The notes: generated by a model not told the origin, from the letters alone. A stretch of 63,017 nt of DNA, filler included, from Octopus bimaculoides (GCF_001194135.2; 5 parts of 4 records of this genome joined end to end with filler, not necessarily neighbours in it), one strand, 5' to 3'. Positions 12,130 to 24,152 are shown, numbered from the whole stretch's first letter. Translations and numbers: made by a program.

Positions 12130-12700
12130 CGCACCTCTACTGTTCCGAACTTTCTTCCTCTAGCAAGGTATGAAATTCCTTGCCAGATTGGTTTCAAGGC
12201 CTTTTCTACTTGTGTGGTCGTCATTATTTCGATTATCTTTGTTTTCGAAGAGTACGTTCTATATATAGTTTTATTCTTGGAACATTTATTCATATATTTA
12301 CATGCCTCTCTGTGGGTTGTATGCTTGCTGTTAACCATGGTGAGGTAGCTCACGAACAGCGCTATGTTAGAACCTGTACAGTGTGGCTGGTACTGTGTAC
12401 ATAGAGATGTTGTTGACAATGTTAGTGAGAGACATGATGGTGGCGACGAAGATGGAGGTCACTGTAATACTCTTGGACGGGTGTTGTCGGACGTCGTCGC
12501 TGGAACTGGCTGTGTCATGTGGTCAGTGGTTAATATCTTAGAAGGCCTGGAACCAAAGTTATTCCTTATTTCTCACAAGAAGTAAACATAGAGCGGATAA
12601 CACAAAACATGTGGGGACCAAAAAACTAATGAAAGAAAAATGAAATGAATTTGAAAATGAAAAGATGAAATGAAACTTTTCGGCCCCCGCCTCCGAGCGA
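12130..12700 (-). pseudogene. Probable 5' UTR and ORF1 N-terminal part of a non-LTR (Tx1-like) element
   Basis: ORF 12024-12419 contains NKTIYRTYSSKTKIIEIMTTTQVEKALKPIWQGISYLARGRKFGTVEVR, resembling cephalopod LINE ORF1 from memory; same strand as and upstream of the ORF2 fragment. Confidence 0.4.
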
Positions 12701-12725
12701 CTTCATTTATTCTGTTAATACGACT

Positions 12726-13363
12726 TTAATTTAATCCAACTCCGTCTTTCTGTAGAATGTCAATTTTGTAAACCTCTCGGAGATCAAGATAATTTATATA
12801 CTTTGGTACCTGACTGGTATCCATTGTTTTCTCCCAGTATTCAAAGTCTTCGTTGCATTTAAATATTTTTGACATTTGATCCTGGTTTGCTAGTACACAA
12901 CTATAACGCCATGGTATGCCAGTGTAAGTTGCCGTATTAACTGTTATTGCGTCTTCCCAAGTGTCTATGTAGTTGCAGAGTTCTGTATTTGAACTGTCGT
13001 ATATTACTACGTATTTTATTTTTTCACAGGCTGGGGGAGGGGAAGTTCTGGGGCTCTTGTGTGTCTGCGTTTTTCTTTGTGTCGGAAGGGTGTGGGGAAG
13101 TTTGGCGTCTGTAGGGGGAGGGTGGGACAAAGTGAGTGTGGGTGGTTGTGTGGTGGCCGCGGGATGGGGGTCGACATCCACATGGTGTACCTTTTTCCTT
13201 TTTTTTTCTTGTTCTCTTTCCGACCGTTCCCCACTCATTCCCTTCTTTGTTTGCTTCTTCCTTAGCACTTGCGTCTACTGTTGGTACTGGAGGTTCGACT
13301 TCCTGCTCATGGGTCCTTCTTGGGGCTTTTTGGGCGGCGGAGGACAATCCGCTCTAATGTGGC
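12726..13363 (-). pseudogene. Gag/ORF1-like C-terminal coding remnant (frameshifted)
   Basis: Begins HIRADCP (end of a CCHC knuckle), then EWGTVGKRTRKKK, a Pro/Thr-rich stretch and a globular-looking tail (KIKYVVIYDSS...YLDLREVYKIDILQK); ORFs 13024-13347 and 12726-13268 overlap by a frameshift. Confidence 0.5.
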
Positions 13364-13387
13364 TATAGGAAAGTTGGTTATAGCAGC

Positions 13388-13426
13388 TCAGCGGGCTGCA
13401 TGTTCGAATCATGTCGGGGGTCACCA
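13388..13426 (+). other. tRNA-Trp 3'-half copy ending in CCA (extended PBS on the minus strand)
   Basis: tcagcgggctgcatgttcgaatcatgtcgggggtcacca versus tRNA-Trp TCAGAAGGCTGCGTGTTCGAATCACGTCGGGGTCACCA (from memory); differences include CpG decay. Confidence 0.8.
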
Positions 13427-13427
13427 G

Positions 13428-13842
13428 TATAGGAAAGTTGGTTATACATCATTAGATGTATACCTGACTTTCCTATATAAAGTTAATGAATATAACGGAA
13501 CGCTGAACTCCAGACTATCAACTTAAACAACATTTATTCAGGTGGTAAATATATACATCTTTAGCTCTTGTTGACAGTTGTTACAGCTTCTGTGTGTGTG
13601 AGTATAGTTGTTGGGACGTTGTTATGTAGATGTAAGCGAGCTGTCGAGTGTAAGTCCGAAAGATGGGGAGTGACAGCTAAACACGTAAAGAGACTGTTTC
13701 CAGAGTTGGAATGTTGGAGACACTGCTTGACACGTCCATGCTCATGGCCGGCCGACCGAGAAAGAGATAGAATTAAGCGGGAAAGCTTGCTTGTTTAATT
13801 CCACGCATGCGTGAGACTACGCATGCGCACGGCGTTACTACA
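13428..13842 (-). mobile_element. LTR (about 415 bp) of a Gypsy-like tRNA-Trp-primed element
   Basis: Minus strand starts TGTAGT, contains a CA-rich stretch and AATAAA, ends ...TTCCTATA, and is followed after 1 nt by TGGTGACCCCCGACATGAT. Confidence 0.65.
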
Positions 13843-14289
13843 GCCNNNNNNNNNNNNNNNNNNNNNNNNNNNNNNNNNNNNNNNNNNNNTTAATTAATTA
13901 ANNNNNNNNNNNNNNNNNNNNNNNNNNNNNNNNNNNNNNNNNNNNAGGCAAGACTGCTGTAGCAGCAGAGTCTTTCTTTTTCTCCATTCTCTCCTTTAAC
14001 TGTGAGGAAGGAAGACTAGGAAATTCTTTTTCGAACGAAACACTGCAGACTGCAGCGTTCGTTTCACAAAAATTTTCATGGCTACAAGACGCCATCGTCT
14101 CAAAAAAAAATGGCTAGAAAGCCGAGATTGGTTTTTATATCCTGGAAATGTGCCACACAGGGCAGATTTCCGTCGCAAAAAACTTGCACTAGAGAGTCTA
14201 CAAGTTGTTATACAACTTTGTATATAAAATAAATTTTACAAACAAACTTTTTAAAACATGAAAAAGGCAAAACTTACAGAGCCGACACG

Positions 14290-14515
14290 TCTACCAGATA
14301 GACAAGTAGATAGTTAGCTAGATAAATAGATAGATTGACAGACAGACAGACATACATATATAGATAGACAGGTAAATAAAGAGACAGACTAACAGATAGA
14401 CAGACAGGTAGATAGCTAAATAGATTGAGAGATAGACAGACAAATAGATGGGTAAATAGTTAGCTAGACAACTAGATAGATAGATAGACAGATTGATAAA
14501 TAGATAGATGAGTGG
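14290..14515. repeat. Degenerate (TAGA/CAGA)n tetranucleotide repeat
   Basis: Runs of agat/agac. Confidence 0.85.
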
Positions 14516-14603
14516 ATGGGGAGAGAGAAAGAGAGGGAAAGAGAGTCTGCTGTAGGTAGTAGAAAGGTAAAAATAAAAAGCTGATCATTTCTTTGACTGA
14601 TAG

Positions 14604-14672
14604 ATGTGAAGTTGGGAAAGAATGGTACATTGTTTGAATGGAAGCAAATTCAATCCCTATTTGCTCATAGAT
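14604..14672 (+). CDS. Candidate exon (69 nt, phase 1-1): VKLGKNGTLFEWKQIQSLFAHR
   Basis: catttctttgactgatAG acceptor, open protein-like frame, weaker GTAGTT donor. Confidence 0.3.
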
Positions 14673-14899
14673 GTAGTTTATTTATTCTTATGTAGAATAT
14701 CTGTGACATTTGACTGCATTTCTATGTTCAGAAGCTTGATTCTTGCCTTTCATCTGTCTGAGGGTGACAGATTAAAGAATCAATCAAGTATTGGGATCAA
14801 TATAATCGTCTATATAGGAAATCATTATTATTGTGAGAGTGCTAAACAAGTGCCCAGAGTTATTAAAAGCACCCATGTCAGCATTATGTAAGAAGCACC

Positions 14900-15175
14900 T
14901 TACGGCCAGCTGGCGGAAACGTTAGCACGCCAGGCGAAATGCTGAGTGGTATTTCGTCTGCTGTTATGTTCTGAGTTCAAATTCCATTGAGGTTGACGTT
15001 GCCTTCCATGCTTTCGGGATCGATTAAATAAGTACCAGTTACGCACTGGGGTCGACGTAATTGACTTAATCCCTTTGCTCATCCTTGTTTGTCCCCTCTG
15101 TGTGTAGCTCCTTGTGGGAAAATAAAAAATAAGAAACATTAGCATGCCAGGTGAAATGCTTAGTGGTATTTCATC
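14900..15175 (+). mobile_element. tRNA-derived SINE (family M: GAGTTCAAATTCC B-box plus TTGCCTTTCATCCTTTCGGGGTCGATAAA central domain), with start of a second unit
   Basis: Head gctggcggaaacgttagcac..., B-box, central domain, tail ending aagaaa fused to cattagcatgcc. Confidence 0.85.
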
Positions 15176-15653
15176 TGCAATGGTCTGGTGTCCCATCCAT
15201 GGGTGTGGAAGATATACCCACAGAATCTGTGAAACCTGCCTTATGAGCCTATGGTTCGGGAAGGACCTTGAATATATTTTCTTACTTATCCCTTAAAGGA
15301 CAGGATAGTCATGGATGGATTGCATGTGATTATAGGTCTGCTTGATCAAGTTTGATCTACTCAAGTAGACTTATAATTAACATTATCAATATTACTAAAG
15401 AGAGTTATGAGCTAATCAAGGAGCCTGTCTGTGGTTGCTCAACCTTTTAGAAATAACAGCCAAATCTCCTTTGAATCACACCCTATTATCTTAAATAATG
15501 AAGGGAGACATTTAGATAACACAGTTTTAGTGATGCTGTAGCTGAAAAATAAGAATGGATGGTCACAACTGGAACACATTTGATCAAAGCTCTGCTGATT
15601 CAGAGTTAATCTAGGAGTTTATGCTAAAGAACAACCACGACCGCAAGAATAAC

Positions 15654-15689
<36 letters not shown>

Positions 15690-17134
15690 AATGGTTGGAT
15701 TCATAACTCCAGAATAAATACAGATTTGTCTTTTAATAATGTAAAAATTATTTTTAGCAAGGATCTGCTACTCCAAATAATTATTCACAAGTCGATAATA
15801 TTTGTCATGAGACTTTCCTGAAATTTCTCTGTCAGTTTTAACTCATTGTTAAAATCTATGAAATAATAATAAAAGGAACAAGGACAAATAATTCTATAAT
15901 GCAGATAATTCCATTGTAAGAAGATATTATGAGACAGCAGAGAAGGAAAAAGAACTATATTTTTAGCAATATTTAATCCAATTTCTTCTAACACACACTT
16001 TCACAGGAAAATGGATGTAGAAATGATAACAATTTTAAATATTTTAATCCTATTTACAACAAGCCAACAAGCTACTTTTTACTAAAAGATTTACAATGCT
16101 TTTAATCTTGTTTTCATTCTATCTAAGAATATGTTCTGCTGAAGTTAGTACATATTCTCAAATACAAAATGGACTAACCAAAGAAGAATGCAGCTGTTCA
16201 GTTTTACACTATTTCTTATAACTACTTTGACTACAACAGTAGTTTCATGACAAAGACAAGCATTGAATATTATTGTTCATTCATAAATGTTGCATTGGAT
16301 TTGATAAATAGATTGACAGATAGAAAGATTGACAGATTAATTTGATAGGTAAATATGTATTTAGTATGAATGAAAGTGAGATATTATGGATACAGTCAAT
16401 GAAAGAGTATAAACAGGCATGGAAAAACTTGTCATTAGCTATGGGGGTCAGAATCAATGTAGATTTTGTACATTTATCCTATGGAACTACTCTTCTGAAT
16501 GTGTATGTGATTGTAAACATCGCTGAGGTATCTATGTGTATGTGTGTGTGTGTTTATACATAGACACAAATACACACATACACACATTACCCTTTTTCTC
16601 CCTCTGCTTTCTTCTCTTCCTAATCAGCATCCTCGATTTCATATCTATTTCTCCACACTTACACGGGTTACTAAGGTCTTCTCTTTGACATGTCATTCAA
16701 GAAATTATTGAGCATTTATTATTAAATGCCACCATGCACAGTATGGCCAAATGGTTAAGAGGCACCTTGTTGTGGTTTTTTCCTCCTCTAATTCACGAGA
16801 TTTGGCATCCTGAGATCAGCTTTCACAACTTCTTCCTGCATCTTCTTCAGTTTCCCTCTTCTTCAGATTTCCTTCCACTTTAATCATTTTAGCACTTTTT
16901 ATGGGTTTTCCAGATTGGACCACAAGTACTGATTATATTACTTCACAGAACTGCACGCTGCTATTTATTTCATATTTGGCTACCTACCACTTTAAAAATT
17001 TTGGTTTTTAAAGGAAAGAATCTGATTGGGTATCATATTAAATCATTAAATAATTAAATCAGAACTGACCTACATGCAGTCTTTATACACACACACACAT
17101 ATATAAATGATGTTGATGATATATATATATATAT

Positions 17135-20100
17135 GGGAGAATGTACGAAAAAAACAACAACAACAGACGAGGACAGGTGGTGCAAACAACAAAAGGATGT
17201 ATTAGTTTGATGCTCGGGAATACAGAAAGTCTTTAACGTTTCGAGCTACGCTCTTCAAAAGAAAGAATACGGAGAAAACCAGGAGAAAAACACGGAGAAA
17301 AAAAAAATTGAATATATATATATAATAGAAATAGGTTTCAAAGAAAAAAGACTACACGTGGTATAAATAGGGGAAGAGTAAAAAGAAAACAAAGAAAATG
17401 CACATTAGATATAAAAAATAAAGGCTTTTTAAAGAAAAGCAAAGATATATACATACAGTTAGATGATTTGAGGTGGAATCATGAAGTCCAAAAATCATTA
17501 TTATGAATCATTATAGAGACTCAAAGTCATACTGGTATCGTCAGAGCTGATCACTGACTTTGAATGAACACCGATTTCCAAACGGTGTGGGGTCTAATAG
17601 AACCTGAGTGAAAAGATTACGTTCAAGGGAGGTAAGCAGTTTTGGAAGAGATGCAATTAAGGTAGAGATATAAATACTGGAATATGAATGGTGTATGGGA
17701 TGTATGGAGATTAGTGGGATTATTGGTATTGGTAGGTTAGTAGTGTCATGTATTAAGTTGTGTGTTCGTGTTGAGTTGTGGATGATATTTATTAACGAAA
17801 GTTGCTTCTTTATGTAATCTTTGCTGCACTGAGGTATTCTGTGAACATTGATAAAAAGGGGAAATTAGGAAGCTTGGTTTAAGGTTCTTAGCACATCTTT
17901 CTATGTGCTCACTGATCTGTATCTGCCTATATTGTGGGTAGCAGATTTGTTCTTTGTGAAGAGTTGTTCTATGTCGGAGTGACATTCCTGTTTGGCCTAT
18001 ATAGTGATTTCCACACCCTAAGCAGGTAATAGCATAGATTAAGTTTTCAGAGGCACAGGTGAAATTTGATTTTATCTTAAATATTTCACCTTGTTTGAAG
18101 CGAAACTCTCTACCCTCCAAAAGGTGTGGGCATGTGCCACAGTTAGGCTGCCTGCATTTTTTCACTTCTGGTTCCATTAATGGATATAGTCTTGCGCTGG
18201 TTAATATTTTTTCAATAATTTCGGTTGCATTTTGCTCTTGATAATTTTGTGAGCCAAAAATTTTGTTCATTGTTTTATCTCCAGTGAGAATGGGTAGATT
18301 TTGGATGACGATGTTGAAGGCCTCATTGTTTTTAGGGTTGTGTGTGGAGATATATGGGAATATTTTTAAATCTAGTGTAGTATTTCGGTTAACTTCTCTT
18401 AGTGTTTGTATGTCTATTTCCTTTGCTCATTTAATCCCATCATTTATTAATGATTTTGGGTAATGTCTCCCGATTAGTGTTGATTTAAGTTCAAGGAGTC
18501 TTCGTTCATGAGTATTGGCATCTGAAACTAAGGTACAGATTCTTTTTGCTAGATTATAAGGTATATCAATTTTTATGTGTTTGGAGTAGCATGAGTTGAA
18601 TAATAGGTATTGTTTTGAATCAGTGGGTTTATAGAAGATGTCCGTTTCAATGTGGTTATTGACTATTTTAATTAGGATATAAAGAAAAGGGAGTTGTTTA
18701 TTGCTGTGTTGCTACTGATATTGTAAATTCTATGTTGCTATTGATATTGTTGAGCATCATTTTGAAATCGAGAAGTTTGTCCATGTTATCATTCCAAAGT
18801 ATGAAGAAATCATCTAAATACCAAAGTATGAAGAAATCATCTTAAGTTCTAGATAACCCATTACAAGGTTTGCAATCACTGGGGCAGCTCGGGTTCCCAT
18901 TACAATTCCACATTTCTATCGATAGTAAACTATACCGAACATGAGATAATTGTTTAGTAGGATGAATTTCAGTTCTGCAATTATGAAGTTGTGGTTGATG
19001 CATCCTGGGATCTCTTCTGGGTATTTTTCTAGCCAGAAGATGATTGCTTCTATACCATAGTCGTGTGGGATACTGGTGTACCAGTTCACCACATCGAATG
19101 ACACTAACAGGGTTCCTTCATTCATAGTTTTCTGAAGGTGTTTAAGCATGTTTATATCATCCCTGATGAAGCTTTTCACATATTTTAAAAATGGTTTGAG
19201 TAAGATGCCGAGGAAATTGCTCAAATGGTGGGTTTCACAAGCAGGACCAGCAATGACAGGTCTTAGTTGGAGGTCAGTAGTGGGAGGAACATTAATGCAG
19301 AGGTTTGGAAAATCTTTGCAAGCTTTACTAATATGTGGATTTTTGTGTATTTTAGGTAATCCGTAGAATAGACTTGGTCTGTATTTAAAATTGGATAAAT
19401 AGTCAATTCTTTTTTAGTGAGGCCCTTTCCATGTATTTGAAGTAAGGAGGATATGTTTTTAAGTGTCTTCTGTGGGTTATAGTGCTCTATCTTCTCATAG
19501 TAAATATTGTTTTCCAACATGGAGAATATTAATTTTTTATAGTATTCTGTATCCATCACTACTGTTGCACTTCCTTTATCATCTTCTTTAATGGGAAGGT
19601 CTATATCATTTTTTAAACTCGATTAGGTTTTTCCATTCATTTGTTTTGAGAGTGGATTTAATTTGTTGTTTTTGTACGGTATTAAATGGAAAATTGGTAA
19701 TGTGTTCACAAAAGTCATCAAGTGCTTTATTTCTGCCTTTTGTAGGACAGTATTTGCTTTTGTTTCTTACTACTGAGTCATCTTCACTGGTGTAGTTGTA
19801 AAGTGCTTCTGTGAGGCGCAATTTTTGGCAAAAATCCATAGTGTTATCCTTGATTTCATTCGGGTTTGATCTGCAAGGGGTTGATGTAAACTTCAAACCT
19901 CTTGCTAGAATTTTAGTTTGTGTAGTACTAAGGAATTTCTTCGATACGTTGATTATTTTCGGTTGTTCATGTATATTTTGTTCCATTTCACATGTATATA
20001 TTGTTCCATTTCTCTGATTTAGGTCTAAAAAATGGTTGTAGTAGGTGGATTGCTGTGGTAAGTCTGTATTGTATTTGGTTTGGTATGAAGAATTTTGGTG

Positions 20101-20420
20101 TAAAGTGTGTCTTTGGTAGTATATTTGTTGTGGAGTGACTGTGTAGTGGATTAGATTATGGTTATTCTGAGGGTTGTTATATTGTCTATAGCTGATGTGG
20201 TTTGGGTTAAATTTATTGTTAATTTTGTAATGTGGGTAGAGGGAAAAGTTATGTTGTCTAGTTAGGTTGTGTCTAGTTAAATGCTTGAAGTATCCATGTT
20301 GAAAGTTAAGTCTCATAGGCAAATTTTTCCATTGTCTGTTAGATGATGGGGGTAGATTGGTAGGTAATGGTTCTCAAAAGTTTTGGTTAGTCTGGAAGCT
20401 TTGATGGATCTTTTGATTTG
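17135..20420 (-). mobile_element. Penelope-like element (probably Neptune-type), nearly full length, decayed
   Basis: RT and GIY-YIG pseudo-ORF plus 3' pseudo-LTR-like region with a hammerhead-like core at 17233-17258. Confidence 0.88.
17746..20322 (-). pseudogene. Penelope RT plus GIY-YIG endonuclease pseudogene
   Basis: ILARGLKFTSTP, DDKGSATVVMD..YY, LVSFDVVNWYTSIPH, YLDDFFILW, Zn-linker CRQPNCGTCPHL, FTCASENLIYAITCLGCGNHYIGQTG...R...H; multiple stops and frameshifts. Confidence 0.92.
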
Positions 20421-20446
20421 TGTGTGTGTATACATATACATCCATC

Positions 20447-20527
<81 letters not shown>

Positions 20528-21299
20528 CTAGACTAGACTACCCATGACCTATTGTGTCACTGAGTTCAGGTTATAAAACATTGAAGCTTATTTCAACATT
20601 GCATTGAGATGAAAGTTAATTTTATGATGATTCAGTTAAATGCTTCAATTTGTTTGTGTCATCATAGGTTTGGTTTATAAGTTCATGTTTAAAGTTTTAT
20701 TGATTATTTACAGCATCTAATAGAAATAGAACTCCCAGGATAAACTTGAACTCCAGTAACAGCATTTATTTATGGCATATGTGCACAGTTCTACAAAAAT
20801 GCAAAAGAAATTGTTATATAACAAACATAAAATTAACGGAAACAATTTTCACAGTGTTGCCCAACATTCCACACAGTGGGACTGAACCCAGAACCATGTG
20901 ATTGGGAAGCAAGCTTTTTACCATACAGCAATGCCTACCCTCATTGTCAGGGTGAATCTGGATCATCTTCAGGTTTTTATTCTGTCACTTCCTCCTAATG
21001 TCTTCTCCAAGCTTTTCCAGTGTTTCACTGACCTACCCCATTCATGGTACAGCAAAATTTCAGAAAATCAAAGAGAATGATAGTTTTTGTCATCAGAAAA
21101 ACAGTTACCATGACTTTCTTTTGCCAGTCACTGGCTTGTGATCTTCTTAGACTCTGGAGATTAAGTGTGATGCCGTTTCATGGACCAAGCCTTCGTTTCC
21201 AGACTATAAAAATGCATGCATGTTTTTTCCCTTGTCACTAGATTGGAAAAAAAAAAAAAAAATTTCTTCAGTGGTTTCGAACACTTCCAGTCGACCAGA

Positions 21300-21700
21300 G
21301 CAGACTTCTACAATTCTCTCCTTCAAATCTAGTGTTAACTGCCATGTTAGTCATTTTGCACATACACCAGTGCTGGTTCTGCATAAAAAGCACCTTTGAT
21401 GGAGCCAGTGCCATGTGCCATGTAAAATTCCCTGCTGCTGGTGCCACATAAAAGGCACCGGTGCTAGTTCCACATAAAAAGCACTGGTGCTGGTGCCACA
21501 TAAGAAGCACCAATACTGGTGCCCTGTAAAGAGCACTTGGTACAATTTGTAAAGTTGACATTGGGAAGGGCAGGCATTCACTGTAGAAACCATTCCGGAA
21601 CAACCAATGAGCCTTATCAGCTCCTGTCAAACCGTCCAACCCATGTCAGTATGGAAAATGGATGTCAAATGATGATGATGATGATGATGATGATGATTAT
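21300..21700 (+). mobile_element. SINE family K (RTE-type tail ending (ATG)n) with ~27-bp internal tandem units
   Basis: Repeated gtgctggtgccacataaaaagcac; tail gtccaacccatg...ggatgtcaaatgatgatg. Confidence 0.75.
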
Positions 21701-22083
21701 CTCCAATGGCAGAGTTTATTCAGCTCCTCATCACACCTCTAAATAACTGTAGACTTGTGAATCACTCATGAATCATAGATTTTGTATCACATCACGAGAT
21801 CAGTTTACAGTTAGGCCCATGATATTATTACAGTTTACCTAAGACACATTACTGAACAAGAGATAGAATGAAAAAAAGCAAAACAAAAAAAAAAACTTTG
21901 ATTGTTTTGTGTGTAAGCTACTGTGACTTTCACTCCATGTATAAAAATTATTATTATTATTATTATTATTAATTAATAATTTCGCTTTGTCAAAGCTGGT
22001 GGGATTGGATGGTCTTTGAATTTTTTTATTATACCATATTCCTGACAATAACATCTGTTAATTCCCCCAAGACTCTTGTTTAG

Positions 22084-22173
22084 GTTTTGTTGGGTGAAAG
22101 CAGAGATTTTTATGTTTGAATTTGAAGAAGACATTGTTAAAAATGTTAATCATCTCAGGCAGATGAAGCTAAA
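22084..22173 (+). CDS. Candidate exon (90 nt): FCWVKAEIFMFEFEEDIVKNVNHLRQMKL(K)
   Basis: ctcttgtttAG acceptor, AA|GTCAGA donor; phase 2 end matches the next exon. Confidence 0.5.
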
Positions 22174-22412
22174 GTCAGATAATGAAATTATCATTTAAAA
22201 TCTTGCAGTTTGCTTGAAGCATTATTAATTAAATATAAAACACTAACGAGTGACAAAGGCTACAAATTACTGATGACTTATTGAATAAATTTATTTTCAT
22301 GAATTTTTTTCATGAATTTTTTTTCTTGCTTTCATCAGTTTTAATGAAGCCATTATCATTTCTTTTAATTTTAAAAATAAAATATCAATATTTAATAATT
22401 TTTTTTTTTTAG

Positions 22413-22503
22413 AATAGGAAAGTCAAGTAAAGAAATGGTTGAGGCTAGAACCCATTATGTTGGGCATTGCAGACAAACTGACTTTGGGTCAACAGAAGCA
22501 ATG
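22413..22503 (+). CDS. Candidate exon: IGKSSKEMVEARTHYVGHCRQTDFGSTEAM
   Basis: Long poly-T acceptor ttttttttttttAG; in phase with 22084-22173; donor uncertain (22504 GTATCT, or 22511 or 22538). Confidence 0.55.
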
Positions 22504-22974
22504 GTATCTCGTACTGCAGATTTGTCCAATCCCATGCGTGTACAGAAAAGCTGTTGCTAAAACAATGAATATTTGAAAACCGCAAAAGAATTTCTGAAAT
22601 AGATGTTTAAAAAACACTACCATTCAATGACAAAGTCGTATTGTTTGTCAGAGATAAGCTTCTGTCATTCATTCTGCTTTCTGCCTTCCCCTCCATCCAT
22701 TTTTTCATTTTAGTTTGATGTTTTCTATATTCCTTGTATATTTTCAAACTCTTTCATCTCATTCCTTTTATTCCTAAAACATCTATTTTGTATGAAGAAG
22801 GTAAAACGATATGAACTGTATCCAGAAGTGAAAATGAAATCTGAAAATGTATGGAACTGATTGAGTTCTTTCATGTGTTACCATTCTGTCTGTTAAAACA
22901 TTTACAAATGACAGTAATTGATCTATTTATTGATTTATTCAGATATTGTTTCCAATATTATCCTAACAGAAGTG

Positions 22975-23780
22975 TGGCAAGATGGCTGAATTGTTAGCAC
23001 ACCAGCAAAATGTTTAGCAGCATTTCGTCTGTCTTTATGTTCTGAGTTCAAATTCTACTGAGGTCGGCTTTGCCTTTCATCTTTTCAGGTTGATAAAACA
23101 AGAACCATTTGAAGACTGGGGTCTATGTAATTGACTTAACCCCCTCCACCAGAATTCCTGGCCTTATGTTAAAACTTTGAAATCAATTTTATTCTAACAG
23201 AATAATTCCACTGAAGTTGACATTGCCTCTCATCCTTTTGGGGTCGATAAAATAAGAACCAGTTCAGCTCTGGGTTGATGTAATCAACTTACTATCACCC
23301 CAGAACAGGCTGACATTGTGCCAAAATTTGAAATTAATATTATCCTAACAGAAGGGCAGCAAATTAGTAGAATCATTAGCAAGCTGGCAGAATCGTTAGC
23401 ACACCCGGCGAAATGCTTAGCGGTATTTCGTCTGTCGTTACGTTCTAAGTTCAAATTCCACCGAGGTTGAATTTGCCTTTCATCCTTTCGGGGTCGATAA
23501 ATTAAGTACCAGTTATGCACTGGGGTATATGTAATCGACTTAATACCTTTGTCTGTCCTTCTTTGTCCCCTCTATGTTTTGCCCCTTGTGGGCAATAAAG
23601 AAATAAGAATGATTAGCATGTAGAGTAAAATTCTTAGTGATATTTTGTCTTAAAATTCTGCAGAGGTCAAGTTTGCCTTTCATTCTTTTGGGGTTGGTAA
23701 AAGAAGTACCAGTTGAGCACTGGGGTTGATGTAATCGACTTAATCCTTTCCCCAAATCTGACTTTGTGCCAAAATTTGAA
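22975..23780 (+). mobile_element. Cluster of family M SINE copies in the same orientation
   Basis: Repeated ctgagttcaaattc...tttgcctttcatc...gataaa..aagtaccag modules. Confidence 0.8.
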
Positions 23781-23793
23781 ACCATTATCATTA

Positions 23794-24152
23794 TTACCTC
23801 TGCCTTGGTGGAGGTATTGTTTCCAGTCGTGTTCGTTTGTTTGTCCATGGACAAGATATCTCAAGAACCACTGGATGGATTCAGATGAAATTTTCAGGGA
23901 TGTTTGGCCTCATGACTGGCACGAACTGATTAAACTTTGGGATCAATCTGGTACCGAACAAAGATTCTGGATTATTTTTCCAATTTTTTTACTTAATTTT
24001 TGAGAGTGGTCGGGTTCATTTTTAGCATTCTCATTGGGAGAGCAATTGAGTTTATTTCAGATATTCTCATTTTAAAAATCATCTCTGGCTAATCATTGAG
24101 AGGATGTTGGTGTTGTCTTGGCGGAGGTTTGCGCTCTCTGAGTGCTCTTGTT
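23794..24152 (+). mobile_element. Helentron-associated (HINE/DINE-1-like) non-autonomous element
   Basis: 5' ttattacctctgccttggtggagg, gtttgtttgt core, 3' cttggcggaggtttgcgctctctgagtgctcttgtt with subterminal inverted repeat; T-rich flanks. Confidence 0.65.

Noticed and set aside
13364-13477. CRISPR-like repeat-spacer-repeat
   Set aside because: Only two direct copies plus one inverted copy, the spacer is tRNA-derived, context is eukaryotic and there are no cas genes.
13890-13901. TTAATTAATTAA islands inside N gaps (also 42910-42921, 55644-55655, 61369-61380)
   Set aside because: The identical 12-mer flanked by Ns four times points to a scaffolding or linker artefact, not biology.
16095-16220. 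Signal-peptide-like short ORF MLLILFSFYLRICSAE...
   Set aside because: Could not be linked in phase to downstream exons; hydrophobic ORFs arise easily in T-rich DNA.
22504-22560. Read-through of exon 22413 to ...VQKSCC* resembling a Rab-type prenylation end
   Set aside because: No GTPase motifs upstream and downstream exon candidates exist; probably intronic coincidence.
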